DNA from: a bacterium
Lineage (GTDB): Bacteria; UBA8248
Direction of reading: 5' to 3'
DNA: 64,000 nt
Assembly: GCA_965213625.1 (NCBI GenBank)
Contig: CBDBZU010000004.1
Span: forward strand, 2,688,001 to 2,752,000
Shown here in pieces: positions 9,232 through 18,344 of this stretch. Each line of letters opens with the position of its first letter. Within the stretch, counting starts at the first letter, position 1. The translations under genes were made by a program, and so were the position numbers. A model generated the notes under the pieces. It saw only the letters and a list, made by a program, of their open reading frames with translations, had not been told where the DNA came from and searched no databases.

Positions 9232-10397
9232 AATACCGATTTGCGCTGGCGCATGAAATGTTTCATCACCCAGTCCGCAATGGCGCCGCCAACCGCGTTG
9301 TCCGTTGCGAGGGAGGAGGGGTTCGGGGCCATGCAGCTAAGAGCGCGTATCCCCGTCATGCGGTATGCCTCCTCGCGTACATGCGCTTCGTTGGCGAGCC
9401 GACCGGAAATGAGCATGTTTTCCTCATCCACCTCCAGGTGGCTTCGTATCCAATGAACGATGAGCGTTGATTCGAGCGTATCACATGCGCAGATAATCAG
9501 ACCTCTTCGCGCAAGCCAGTCTTTGACCCAGGGGTCACTCGCTACGTGTAGACTAGCGTCGGAAGATGGAGAGTCCGCCAATTCCGCGATGACGATTTCC
9601 GCCTTCGCGCTGGCGTGGCGAAGCAGGTTCTGGGCGCATCGTCTGACGCTGTGCATTGAGACGCCACACGTGGAAGCGAGCCCCGCGTCGACGAAATCCC
9701 ACCCAAGTCTCGCGGAATCGAAAAATCCGAGCGGTCTGCCGTAGTTCACCTGCATGAGATCCCGCATGCGTCCCGTTCCGGTCAATTTCACGTATGACAC
9801 GTGGATGCCCGAGGAGTGGAGGGCGGAGGCGAGCGAGGACGCGCAGGTCGTTTTACCCACGTCCATCTCGGAGCCGGTCACCAGTATGATGGGAGCGCAG
9901 GGAATTCCTTCTTCATCCACGTGGCACCGGGTATCGGGGATGACGGGAAGATCGGAAAGCCGGGCGGGTTCGCCTCGCAGCGCGACGCCCCCTTTCACCT
10001 CTATTTTCACGCACGGCGTTTCTGGGTTAGTGCGGACCCCGCAGACGCCGCCGACGTTCAACAGGTCGAGTACGACTCCGGGCTCTGCGGGCGAGTCCGG
10101 TTCGCGCCCCGAAACGCTGCGATTCGCATAGCGCGCACCGATCGTAACGACCATGTTCATTTTTTCCCGCAACTTTATTTCACTCGTCTTCCAGGCGTCT
10201 TCCGTTCCCTGGAGGATTTCGATAGTTTCCAGGCGATTGATGGGCGCATTCTCGGGCGCGGCGACGATTTCACCCAGCGCGATTCCATTTGCGTGGACGG
10301 GCCTGGGGTCAGGCGAGAAATCCGTCTCAAATGAATACGGGCTTTCCTGCGAGAGGAACAATCCTCGGGCGGTGGATGCGAAAAAATCTGTTTTCAA
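9222..10397 (-). CDS. DUF1611-like P-loop protein
   Basis: LVTGSEMDVGKTT Walker A, VKLTGTGRMRD, DFVDAGLAST, IAELAD, N-terminal GARYA..LLNVGGVCG, as recalled for the DUF1611-related family. Confidence 0.7.
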   Translation of the reverse strand: MKTDFFASTARGLFLSQESPYSFETDFSPDPRPVHANGIALGEIVAAPENAPINRLETIEILQGTEDAWKTSEIKLREKMNMVVTIGARYANRSVSGREPDSPAEPGVVLDLLNVGGVCGVRTNPETPCVKIEVKGGVALRGEPARLSDLPVIPDTRCHVDEEGIPCAPIILVTGSEMDVGKTTCASSLASALHSSGIHVSYVKLTGTGRMRDLMQVNYGRPLGFFDSARLGWDFVDAGLASTCGVSMHSVRRCAQNLLRHASAKAEIVIAELADSPSSDASLHVASDPWVKDWLARRGLIICACDTLESTLIVHWIRSHLEVDEENMLISGRLANEAHVREEAYRMTGIRALSCMAPNPSSLATDNAVGGAIADWVMKHFMRQRKSVFWT

Positions 10398-10410
10398 TTT
10401 TCACCTTGTC

Positions 10411-11874
10411 CTAAGCAGGAGAAAGAGCGAGCCGGCGCGTGAAAGTATCTATCATTTCCCGGGCGGCAGGGGATATCTGCTTTTCTCCCCCTTCATAGAT
10501 GGATGAAACGCCCTCGAGCTTACAGAACGCTCCCCTCGGTTCTACTATGGTTCCTTTCGCCGGAGGAGAGCAAGTGACGAGAACCTCATTGTGGCCTTGA
10601 ACGTCACTTAGTCGATAACCCCGCCGGATGAATTCAGGCATTCCATTTTGGATGATATAGATGCCGGGAGCGAGTGAATGGCCGATTTTCATTCGTGAAG
10701 CGCTCGTGTTTCGAATCAAGAGCTGGAAGCCTGATAAATCCGGTCGGCTGAGTTCGGCGAGCAAATCCCGGTGTGCGTCGAGAGCGTCGCCAGACTCCAG
10801 GAATTCGGCCAGATGCCAGAAGGTGGTAGTGGGAGCGCTGCTCTGGATTTCTTCGAGTTCGGTCATCAGTTGCGTGGTTCCCAGCACGCGCGGGTTGAGT
10901 TCGAGGGTATAGGGTTCGTCCTCATGGACGATAAAATCGACGCCGTAAATTCCCCGGTAGCCCGCCCCGGCTATCCACTCGCCGATTTTCAGGGTGAATG
11001 CCTCTATTTTCCGGCGGCTTTCCTCGGATACCAGCCGATACGCCGAATAGTCGCTGCCGGCGTAATCGAAGCGGTGCATGGAACATCCGGGGATTCCCGT
11101 GAACATCACCGAAGGGTGGGACATCCAGGGTTTTCCGTCATAAATCAACCCAGCCGTGCCGACGGCGGGACCGCTAAGGAACGTGCTCGCGATCACAGGC
11201 GCATCGGGCCCGAGTTTTTGGGTGAGTTCGTCACGTTTACGGGAAAGCGCCTCGGCTGAGTCGATGAAGTGCGTCTGATTGCCCGAGGAGCCGATTTTTT
11301 CCGAAATAATCATAACGGGTCCGAATTGTTCAAGCTGTTTGGACCCGAGTTCGCCCAGAGCCACCACGTCGCCCGGTGGGACGCTGAACCCCGCTTCGAT
11401 TGCCTGGCGACGGAAAGATACCTTGTCGTCGAATCTCGTCTTGATTTCCACCGGATTCGCCAGGATGCGTAGCCTCCCATCCGCTTCTTTGGCGAGTTTC
11501 CCCAGAAATTCCGTGGAGCGGTAGGGGATGACGTACCGTGGAGCTTCCCCTTGTGAGAGAAATTCCCGAATTTGCGAACCCAACGCTCCCTCGTACGCTT
11601 CAACGAGCGATGAGTGCGTCCACACGATGCGCTTGTTTTGCCCGCGCTCCACGGCGAAATAGCGCAGACGCCTGTCCCATTCAGGCCCGTCGAGTCCGTA
11701 GTCGCAGGCGATGAGGAAATCGAGGGGAACGATGTTCTCCATGGTGATCGAATCGACCGCGCGCAGTCCTTGGAAGCCGAACGTCGATCCGTCCGGAACG
11801 GCAGAGGTTAATACTTCATTGAAATAATTTTTATTATAGGAGGGCAAGGAGAGAATTCCTTCACCTAGAATCAT
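10411..11874 (-). CDS. ATP-grasp peptide/amino-acid ligase-like protein
   Basis: FDDKVSFR, KIGSSGNQTHFI, GYRGIYGVDF, LELNPR motifs; N- and C-terminal extensions as in peptide-ligase-type ATP-grasp enzymes. Confidence 0.8.
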   Translation of the reverse strand: MILGEGILSLPSYNKNYFNEVLTSAVPDGSTFGFQGLRAVDSITMENIVPLDFLIACDYGLDGPEWDRRLRYFAVERGQNKRIVWTHSSLVEAYEGALGSQIREFLSQGEAPRYVIPYRSTEFLGKLAKEADGRLRILANPVEIKTRFDDKVSFRRQAIEAGFSVPPGDVVALGELGSKQLEQFGPVMIISEKIGSSGNQTHFIDSAEALSRKRDELTQKLGPDAPVIASTFLSGPAVGTAGLIYDGKPWMSHPSVMFTGIPGCSMHRFDYAGSDYSAYRLVSEESRRKIEAFTLKIGEWIAGAGYRGIYGVDFIVHEDEPYTLELNPRVLGTTQLMTELEEIQSSAPTTTFWHLAEFLESGDALDAHRDLLAELSRPDLSGFQLLIRNTSASRMKIGHSLAPGIYIIQNGMPEFIRRGYRLSDVQGHNEVLVTCSPPAKGTIVEPRGAFCKLEGVSSIYEGGEKQISPAAREMIDTFTRRLALSPA

Positions 11875-12065
11875 TACAAATGTCCAAGCGGCTCGGAAAT
11901 CAAAAACACGCGATTTTAATTCGATAGCCTCACGGATATCAACATAATTCGACGTTTCGGCAAACTATTATTTCCCTCAGTGCACTTCTGCAACTCACCG
12001 TGCGCTATGCTAGGATACGGAGCGTCTCGACCCCTATTACCGCCATCAGGCGCGGGAACTGGTGA

Positions 12066-12998
12066 ATGTCCGAAGATAGAATTATTTCTGAATCGGCTAT
12101 TGATTCGGATGAAAACCCCATGATGTCGGACTCGGAACTCAGGTGGGAGAAATTCCGCCGGAGCATGATGCGCGCCAAACCGGCGATGCTCGGTGGCGTT
12201 TTTCTCATTTTGCTGGTTGTCTTTTCTCTTTCGGCTCCTCTCATCGCGCCGCAAAACCCGAGTAAGGTGGACGTGAACCTGCGTCTGAAGCCTCCCGTTT
12301 GGGTGGAGGGAGGAAGCGCGAGCTATATGCTGGGTACCGACGCGCTGGGCCGGGATATTCTGAGCCGGCTCATTTATGGGGGCCGCGTCTCCATTCTGGT
12401 GGGCTTGAGTTCGGTGGTGATTTCGGGGGTAATCGGCATCGTTCTCGGTCTTGTTTCGGGCTTTTTCGGCGGTAAAATTGACGATCTCATCAGCGGGTTT
12501 TCCGAAATTCAACTGGCGTTTCCCTTTATTTTGCTGGCGATCACGATCATGGCGGTCATCGGGCCGGGTCTGCTCAACATCATTATCGTACTGGGGATCA
12601 GTCGGTGGGTGGCGTATGGCCGCGTGGTCAGGGGCCAGGTCATCTCGATAAGGGAGCGCGAATTTGTGGAGGCCACCCGCGCCCTGGGCTATCCCCTGTA
12701 CCGCATATTGTTCATGCAGATTTTGCCGAACACCCTCTCGCCTTTGATCGTCATCGCCACCTTCGCCGTGGCGGGGAACATAATTTCCGAATCCTCGCTA
12801 AGTTTTCTGGGACTCGGCGTTCCGCCTTCGGTCGTCACCTGGGGCGGTATGTTGTCCGAAGGGCGCGAATATCTGCGCGGCGCATGGTGGATGGCGACTT
12901 TTCCGGGCCTTGCCATCATGGCGACGGTTTTGAGCATCAACCTCATCGGCGACTGGCTGCGGGATTACATGGACCCCCGCCTCGGCGATGATATGTAG
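12066..12998 (+). CDS. dppC: Peptide/nickel ABC transporter permease (DppC/OppC type)
   Basis: LGTDALGRDILSRLIYGGRVS, EFVEATRALG, ESSLSFLGLG, WGGML. Confidence 0.93.
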   Translation: MSEDRIISESAIDSDENPMMSDSELRWEKFRRSMMRAKPAMLGGVFLILLVVFSLSAPLIAPQNPSKVDVNLRLKPPVWVEGGSASYMLGTDALGRDILSRLIYGGRVSILVGLSSVVISGVIGIVLGLVSGFFGGKIDDLISGFSEIQLAFPFILLAITIMAVIGPGLLNIIIVLGISRWVAYGRVVRGQVISIREREFVEATRALGYPLYRILFMQILPNTLSPLIVIATFAVAGNIISESSLSFLGLGVPPSVVTWGGMLSEGREYLRGAWWMATFPGLAIMATVLSINLIGDWLRDYMDPRLGDDM

Positions 12999-13028
12999 GC
13001 GTTTTGCTTTTTTGAAGGAAATTTACGC

Positions 13029-14576
13029 ATGAAAAGGGCCTTGTTGTGTGGATTTTGCCTGCTGCTCGTGGCGCTCTCCGCCTGCGGCCGCGAAGCGAAA
13101 AAAGGGCCTTTCACGGTTATCCTCTCGGTGGAGGCCAATACGCTCGACCCTCATTTCGCCACCGCCACCATCGAGTGGAGCATCTTGATGAACATGTTCG
13201 ACCCGCTCATCGAGCGGCGTGGCGATATGACGCTGGGGCCTGCGCTGGCCGAGCGTTGGGAGGTGGATGATACAAAGAAGGTCTGGACGTTTCATCTGCG
13301 CAAGGGTGTGAAGTTTCATAACGGTGAGCCGTTCGATGCAGAATCCGTGCGTTACACCTTCGAGCGGATGCGGGATAAGAAGCTGAAGCCGCGAACCACG
13401 GTGTACAGGCGGATTTTCCTCGACAGGGTGGAGAAAGTGGATTCCCACACCGTGAAGATTCACACGAAGCGTCCGGTCGCCACCCTGCCGGTTTGGATGG
13501 TGAACGCTTTCATGCTGCCGCCGAAGTATTATTCGTCGACTCCGCCCAAGGAATTGTTGAAAAAACCTGTGGGAACGGGGCCTTATAAGCTGGTGAAATG
13601 GATCAAGGACGACCGCATCGAGATGGTGGCCAACAAGGGTTGGTGGCGGGGTGAGCCTGCGATAAAAAAGGTGTTCTGGAGGCCGGTGGCCGAGGCATCG
13701 GCCCGCATTGCGGAACTAGAGACGGGCGGGGCCGATATCATCATGAACATCTCGCCCGATCAGTCGAAAACCATTCTGGCGAGAGGAGAGGGCCTCCAGC
13801 TCAAGGGGACTCGGGGAGGCCGCAGGATTTATCTGGGGATTCGCACGGATCACGGGGTGCTGGGCGATGTGCGCATCCGCCGGGCGCTGAATCATGCGAT
13901 TGATTTCGAGGCCATCGCAAAAAACGTTTTTCTGGGCCATGGCTCACGCATGAAGAGCGTCGTGAACCCCCCGAACGCCGCCCCGGGCATGAAGGCGTAC
14001 GCCTATGATCCCCATAAAGCGAAAGCGCTCCTCGCCGAGGCCGGCCTGAAGGACACGGATGGGGACGGCGTGCTGGAAATGAATGGAAAACCATTTGAGA
14101 TAAAACTTGAAGTGCCTGCATCCAGGTATTTGAAAGGAAAAGAGATATCTGAATTTTTGGCTGCATATTTCCGCGCCGTGGGCGTCCACGTGGAGGTGAT
14201 TCCGCTGGAGTGGTCCGTTTTCCTCGCAAGAAGAAGAAAAAAGACGCTGGCGCCTTTGTATTTTCACGGGTTCAGTTCCGCCTTCAACGAAGAGCTCGAC
14301 CTGGGCGTGTTGAGACCCAACCTTTTCGCAAACCTCACCGCCTGGCGGAACCGGGAGTTTATCCAAAATTACAAAAGATTGGGCCAGACGTTCGATCCCG
14401 CTGAGCGCAGGCGGATCAGCTACCGGATGCAGCGCATTGTTCGCGCGGAAAGCCCTTGGGTGTTTTTGTGGAACCAGTATGATTTTTTCGGGTTAAGCGC
14501 GAGAACGCAGTGGACGCCGAGGCCGGATGAGAGAATCTACCTGCCCACGATTCGGTTGAAAGAAGCGAAACCATAA
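13029..14576 (+). CDS. dppA: Peptide ABC transporter substrate-binding lipoprotein (family 5)
   Basis: Lipobox LSAC, LAERWEV, WTFHLRKGVKFHNGEPF, PVGTGPYKL, VRIRRALNHAID. Confidence 0.92.
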   Translation: MKRALLCGFCLLLVALSACGREAKKGPFTVILSVEANTLDPHFATATIEWSILMNMFDPLIERRGDMTLGPALAERWEVDDTKKVWTFHLRKGVKFHNGEPFDAESVRYTFERMRDKKLKPRTTVYRRIFLDRVEKVDSHTVKIHTKRPVATLPVWMVNAFMLPPKYYSSTPPKELLKKPVGTGPYKLVKWIKDDRIEMVANKGWWRGEPAIKKVFWRPVAEASARIAELETGGADIIMNISPDQSKTILARGEGLQLKGTRGGRRIYLGIRTDHGVLGDVRIRRALNHAIDFEAIAKNVFLGHGSRMKSVVNPPNAAPGMKAYAYDPHKAKALLAEAGLKDTDGDGVLEMNGKPFEIKLEVPASRYLKGKEISEFLAAYFRAVGVHVEVIPLEWSVFLARRRKKTLAPLYFHGFSSAFNEELDLGVLRPNLFANLTAWRNREFIQNYKRLGQTFDPAERRRISYRMQRIVRAESPWVFLWNQYDFFGLSARTQWTPRPDERIYLPTIRLKEAKP

Positions 14577-14577
14577 A

Positions 14578-15495
14578 ATGGGTGCTTATCTATTCAGACG
14601 TTTTCTCCGGGCCATCGTGGTCGTGGCCGGCGTGAGTTTCATCTCGTTCGCCGTATTGTTCCTGTCTGGCGACCCGACCGACACCATGGTGGGCGAGGAC
14701 TGGACGGTTGAGGAGGTCCAGAAACTCCGCGAGGACATGGGATTGGACAAGCCCTGGTTCGTGCAATACGGACGATACGTGGGCAGGGCAGTGCAGGGAG
14801 ATTTTGGAGAAAGCCTGCGATACCGCCAGCCCGCGTTCGAGCTCATCATGGAGCGTCTGCCCGCGACTCTCGAACTCGCCCTCGTGGCGCTGGTTCTCTC
14901 GATTATCCTGGCGTTTCCGCTAGGTGTCGTAAGCGCGACGCAGCGTGGCTCTCCATATGACCACGGGGGGATGCTTTTCGCGCTCCTGGGGCAATCTATG
15001 CCGGTTTTCTGGCTTGGCTTGATGCTGATCCTCATCTTCGGGGTGAGTTTGAGATGGCTGCCCGTCAGCGGTAGAAGCGGCTTGGAACATCTCGTACTGC
15101 CCGCCATCGCGCTCTCTACTTACTCGATCGCGAGAAACACGCGGGTAGTCCGAAGCTCCATGCTGGAAGTGCTCCGGCATGAATACGTGAAGACCGCCCG
15201 CGCGAAGGGGCTCTCCGAGTGGATCGTTATCAACCTGCACGTGCTCAGAAACTCCATGATCCCGGTCATCACGATAATCGGCCTGGAATTCGGGCATCTG
15301 CTGGGGGGTGCGGTAATCGTCGAGACGATTTTCTCCTGGCCGGGCGTGGGGAGGCTTCTCATTCAGGCCGTCTACGCCAAGGATTTCCCCCTGGTTCAGG
15401 CTTCGGTGACCATAACCGCCCTGATTTTCGTGTCTTTGAATCTCATTGTTGATCTGATGTATTCCGTCCTCGATCCCAGGGTGAGACTCCATTGA
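14578..15495 (+). CDS. dppB: Peptide ABC transporter permease (DppB/OppB type)
   Basis: GLDKP..VQY, GDFGES, RLPATLEL, EYVKTARAKGL, ETIFSWPGVG. Confidence 0.93.
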   Translation: MGAYLFRRFLRAIVVVAGVSFISFAVLFLSGDPTDTMVGEDWTVEEVQKLREDMGLDKPWFVQYGRYVGRAVQGDFGESLRYRQPAFELIMERLPATLELALVALVLSIILAFPLGVVSATQRGSPYDHGGMLFALLGQSMPVFWLGLMLILIFGVSLRWLPVSGRSGLEHLVLPAIALSTYSIARNTRVVRSSMLEVLRHEYVKTARAKGLSEWIVINLHVLRNSMIPVITIIGLEFGHLLGGAVIVETIFSWPGVGRLLIQAVYAKDFPLVQASVTITALIFVSLNLIVDLMYSVLDPRVRLH

Positions 15496-16430
15496 GCCGA
15501 ACCGCGTATTTCTGGACGCCCGAATCGCTCCTGCACGACAATGGCCGTCATGTGGAAAACGTCGAGCGCGCCAGACGCTTGACGTCCGAGAGGGTTCTCC
15601 CGCAAGTCCCATTGCTCATACACATGGAGAGAAAGCACCATGACGCTAGTGAGTGGGTTTTGCGGGTGCATGAGGAAGAACACCACCACTTTGTGCGCGA
15701 GGCGTGTGCGAGCGGCAGGTGCATTCTGGATGGCGGAGATACGCAGGCCGGTCCGGGAAGTTATGAGGCTGCGCTCGCTTCTGTGGATGCGGCCTTGAGC
15801 GCTGCGGACGCCGTCGTCTCCAGGGAGGTCGACAACGCCTTTTGCGCCGCCAGGCCGCCGGGCCACCATGCCTTGCCGTTTCAGTCGATGGGGTTTTGCC
15901 TGTTCGCCACAGCCTCAATACTGGTGCGGTATCTGCAGGAACAACATGGCCTCCAGAAAGTCGCCGTGGTGGATTGGGACGTTCATCATGGTAACGGAAC
16001 CCAGCATATCTTCTGGAGCGACCCGGACGTGTTATTCGTCTCCCTGCACCAGCATCCCCATTATCCCGGCACGGGGCTGGCTGGCGAAATCGGGGAAGGG
16101 GCGGGCGAGGGCAAGACGCTCAACATTCCCGTCGCGGCGGGAACCTCTGAGGAAGCGTATCTGGCGAAATTTGAGGAAAGCGTCATCCCCGCCATAGAGG
16201 CGCACGGCCCGGAAGCGATAGTCGTATCGGCGGGTTTCGACGCGCATCGAGACGACCCGCTCGGGGGGCTGATGATCACGGAAGCCGGTTTCGCCCAACT
16301 GACCCGGTGGGTGAAGGCGCTTGCGGAGGACCTCTGCGCGGGACGCCTCGTCTGCCTTCTCGAGGGCGGGTACAATCTCGACGCCCTCGAACGCTCCGTC
16401 GCCGCACACTTACGAGAACTCTCGGCATAA
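15492..16430 (+). CDS. Histone-deacetylase-family amidohydrolase (AcuC/APAH-like)
   Basis: RPPGHHA, MGFC, DWDVHHGNGTQ, SAGFDAH..DPL, LEGGY; TTG start overlaps the dppB stop. Confidence 0.93.
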   Translation: MSRTAYFWTPESLLHDNGRHVENVERARRLTSERVLPQVPLLIHMERKHHDASEWVLRVHEEEHHHFVREACASGRCILDGGDTQAGPGSYEAALASVDAALSAADAVVSREVDNAFCAARPPGHHALPFQSMGFCLFATASILVRYLQEQHGLQKVAVVDWDVHHGNGTQHIFWSDPDVLFVSLHQHPHYPGTGLAGEIGEGAGEGKTLNIPVAAGTSEEAYLAKFEESVIPAIEAHGPEAIVVSAGFDAHRDDPLGGLMITEAGFAQLTRWVKALAEDLCAGRLVCLLEGGYNLDALERSVAAHLRELSA

Positions 16431-16472
16431 AGGATTTGTATGTTGGCGTGATGAATATTACGAAATAATTAG

Positions 16473-16501
16473 TTGACTGACTAACTTAAATATTTTATAT
16501 T
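16473..16501 (+). promoter_or_regulatory. Sigma70-type promoter upstream of TetR gene, overlapped by a weak inverted repeat (possible operator)
   Basis: TTGACT, 17 bp spacer, TATATT in an AT-rich intergenic region; AGTT-N8-AACT at 16471-16486. Confidence 0.5.
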
Positions 16502-16554
16502 TTTCTTGTTTGTTGTTTCTCACGAAGCGAATTTTCCATTTCCGGAGGCTGGTG

Positions 16555-17184
16555 ATGGTGGAAACAGCAATGGCGACGCCCAAAGGCCCCAAGGCCTCCG
16601 CGACGAAACAAAAAATCATAGAATCGGCCGCGCGGCTCATCTATCACAGAGGGTTTCACGCAACTTCGCTCGATATGGTGGCGCAATCCGCCCGGGTCAA
16701 CCGGGGGAGTCTGTATTATTTTTTTCGCTCCAAGAAGAACCTGGCGCTCGCCGTAATCGATCACTACGAATCGCTTCTTCATCAAAACTACCTCTCCTCC
16801 TCATTTGATATAGAGGCGAGGGGACGTCAGAAAATAAGACGTTTGGCGGAAGCCTACGCCCGCATGCCGATTCAGGATTCGCCGTGCTGCGGATGCCCGA
16901 TCGGAAATCTCTCTATCGAACTCAGCGCACTGGACGAAGAGATGCGCAAACGGCTGAAACAGGTGTGGGATGGGGTTTTTGCGAACATCGCTCGCGTATT
17001 GGCTCAAGCGCAAATAGAAGGGGATCTCCCAGGGGATGCCGACCCCCTCGTATACGCGCGTTCTTTTTTCTCACAAATTCAGGGCGCGCATATTATTGCG
17101 AGATGTTCACAGGATGAGCCGTCTTTACGTGAGGATTGCGAGCGTGCTTTTATGAGCCTGCCTTGGGTCCGGAAAGGGGAGTAG
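16555..17184 (+). CDS. TetR/AcrR family regulator (NemR-like, GCPIGNL motif)
   Basis: HTH (RGFHATSLDMVA..VNRGSLYYFFRSK); CCGCPIGNL; GGAGG RBS before ATG 16555. Confidence 0.9.
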   Translation: MVETAMATPKGPKASATKQKIIESAARLIYHRGFHATSLDMVAQSARVNRGSLYYFFRSKKNLALAVIDHYESLLHQNYLSSSFDIEARGRQKIRRLAEAYARMPIQDSPCCGCPIGNLSIELSALDEEMRKRLKQVWDGVFANIARVLAQAQIEGDLPGDADPLVYARSFFSQIQGAHIIARCSQDEPSLREDCERAFMSLPWVRKGE

Positions 17185-17186
17185 AA

Positions 17187-18335
17187 ATGAACGGGGGAGG
17201 TCACGAATTCAGAGGCGGAAGCCCCGTGCATTCCCGCAGATGGCGATGGGTTATCTGGTGCGTTTTCTTGCTGGGCGCCGGCCTCGCATGGCTGTTTGCA
17301 GAGCGTTATTTTGGTGGTGTGCATGATCCGAACGCCGTACCCCGCGTCGTCACACCGCGCGGCGACCTCGCCGCCGAGGAAAAATCCAACATAGAGCTTT
17401 TCCGTCTCTCCTCTCCGTCTGTCGTCTACATCACGAGGCTGGCGATGAGGCGCGACAGGTTCAGTCTCAACATGTTCGAGATTCCCCAGGGCACGGGCTC
17501 GGGTTTCGTCTGGAACCATCAGGGGCACATCATCACGAATTTTCACGTCGTCCAGGGAACGAGTTCCTTGCGCGTCACCCTGGCGGATCATTCCGAGTGG
17601 GACGCGCGCGTGGTGGGAGTATCGCCCGATCAGGATTTGGCGGTGTTGTTCATCAATGCGCCGAGAACCCGCTTGAAGCCGATCGCCATCGGCCAGTCCG
17701 ATAATCTGCAGGTGGGTCAGAGGGTGTTCGCCATAGGCAATCCCTTCGGGTTGGATCAGACGCTCACTACGGGGATCATCAGCGCGCTGGGGCGCGAGAT
17801 AGACGGCGTATCGGGCCGGAAGATCAGCGGCGTCATCCAGACCGACGCCGCTATAAATCCGGGCAATTCCGGGGGGCCTCTTCTGGACAGCGCCGGGCGG
17901 CTGATAGGTGTCAATACGGCCATTTTCAGTCCTTCCGGTTCCAACGCGGGTATTGGCTTTGCGGTTCCCGTGGATACCGTGAACAGGGTGGCGCCTCAAC
18001 TGATTCGCCACGGACGCGTCATCAGGCCGGGTCTCGGCATCCACGTGGCCGACAGGGGAACGGCGGAGCGCCTGGGAATACGAGGGGTGTTGATCCTTCG
18101 CGTGCAGAAAGGCAGCGCAGCTGAAACCGTAGGGTTGCGCGGCACGGGCAGAGGCCAGCGAGGCCGGCTCGTGCTGGGGGACGTAATCGTTGGCGTGGGA
18201 GGGAAATCCGTTGCCTCGCTCGATGAGTTGTTGGACGTGCTCGATGAACACAAGGTGGGCGACGTCGTGGAAGTCCACCTGATGCGCGACGGGAACAGGA
18301 TGAGCGTGAGCGTAAAACTTCAGGCCCTGAGCTAG
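17187..18335 (+). CDS. HtrA/DegP-family serine protease with PDZ domain
   Basis: GTGSGF, ITNFHV, DLAV, IQTDAAINPGNSGGPL, C-terminal PDZ; N-terminal TM. Confidence 0.93.
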   Translation: MNGGGHEFRGGSPVHSRRWRWVIWCVFLLGAGLAWLFAERYFGGVHDPNAVPRVVTPRGDLAAEEKSNIELFRLSSPSVVYITRLAMRRDRFSLNMFEIPQGTGSGFVWNHQGHIITNFHVVQGTSSLRVTLADHSEWDARVVGVSPDQDLAVLFINAPRTRLKPIAIGQSDNLQVGQRVFAIGNPFGLDQTLTTGIISALGREIDGVSGRKISGVIQTDAAINPGNSGGPLLDSAGRLIGVNTAIFSPSGSNAGIGFAVPVDTVNRVAPQLIRHGRVIRPGLGIHVADRGTAERLGIRGVLILRVQKGSAAETVGLRGTGRGQRGRLVLGDVIVGVGGKSVASLDELLDVLDEHKVGDVVEVHLMRDGNRMSVSVKLQALS

Positions 18336-18344
18336 GGGTGTGCT

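Noticed and set aside
7511-12065. RiPP (graspetide) precursor for the ATP-grasp enzymes
   Set aside because: The intergenic gaps are short and I found no small ORF with repeated Thr/Ser/Lys-Asp/Glu core motifs; the ligases more likely act on small molecules or distant targets.
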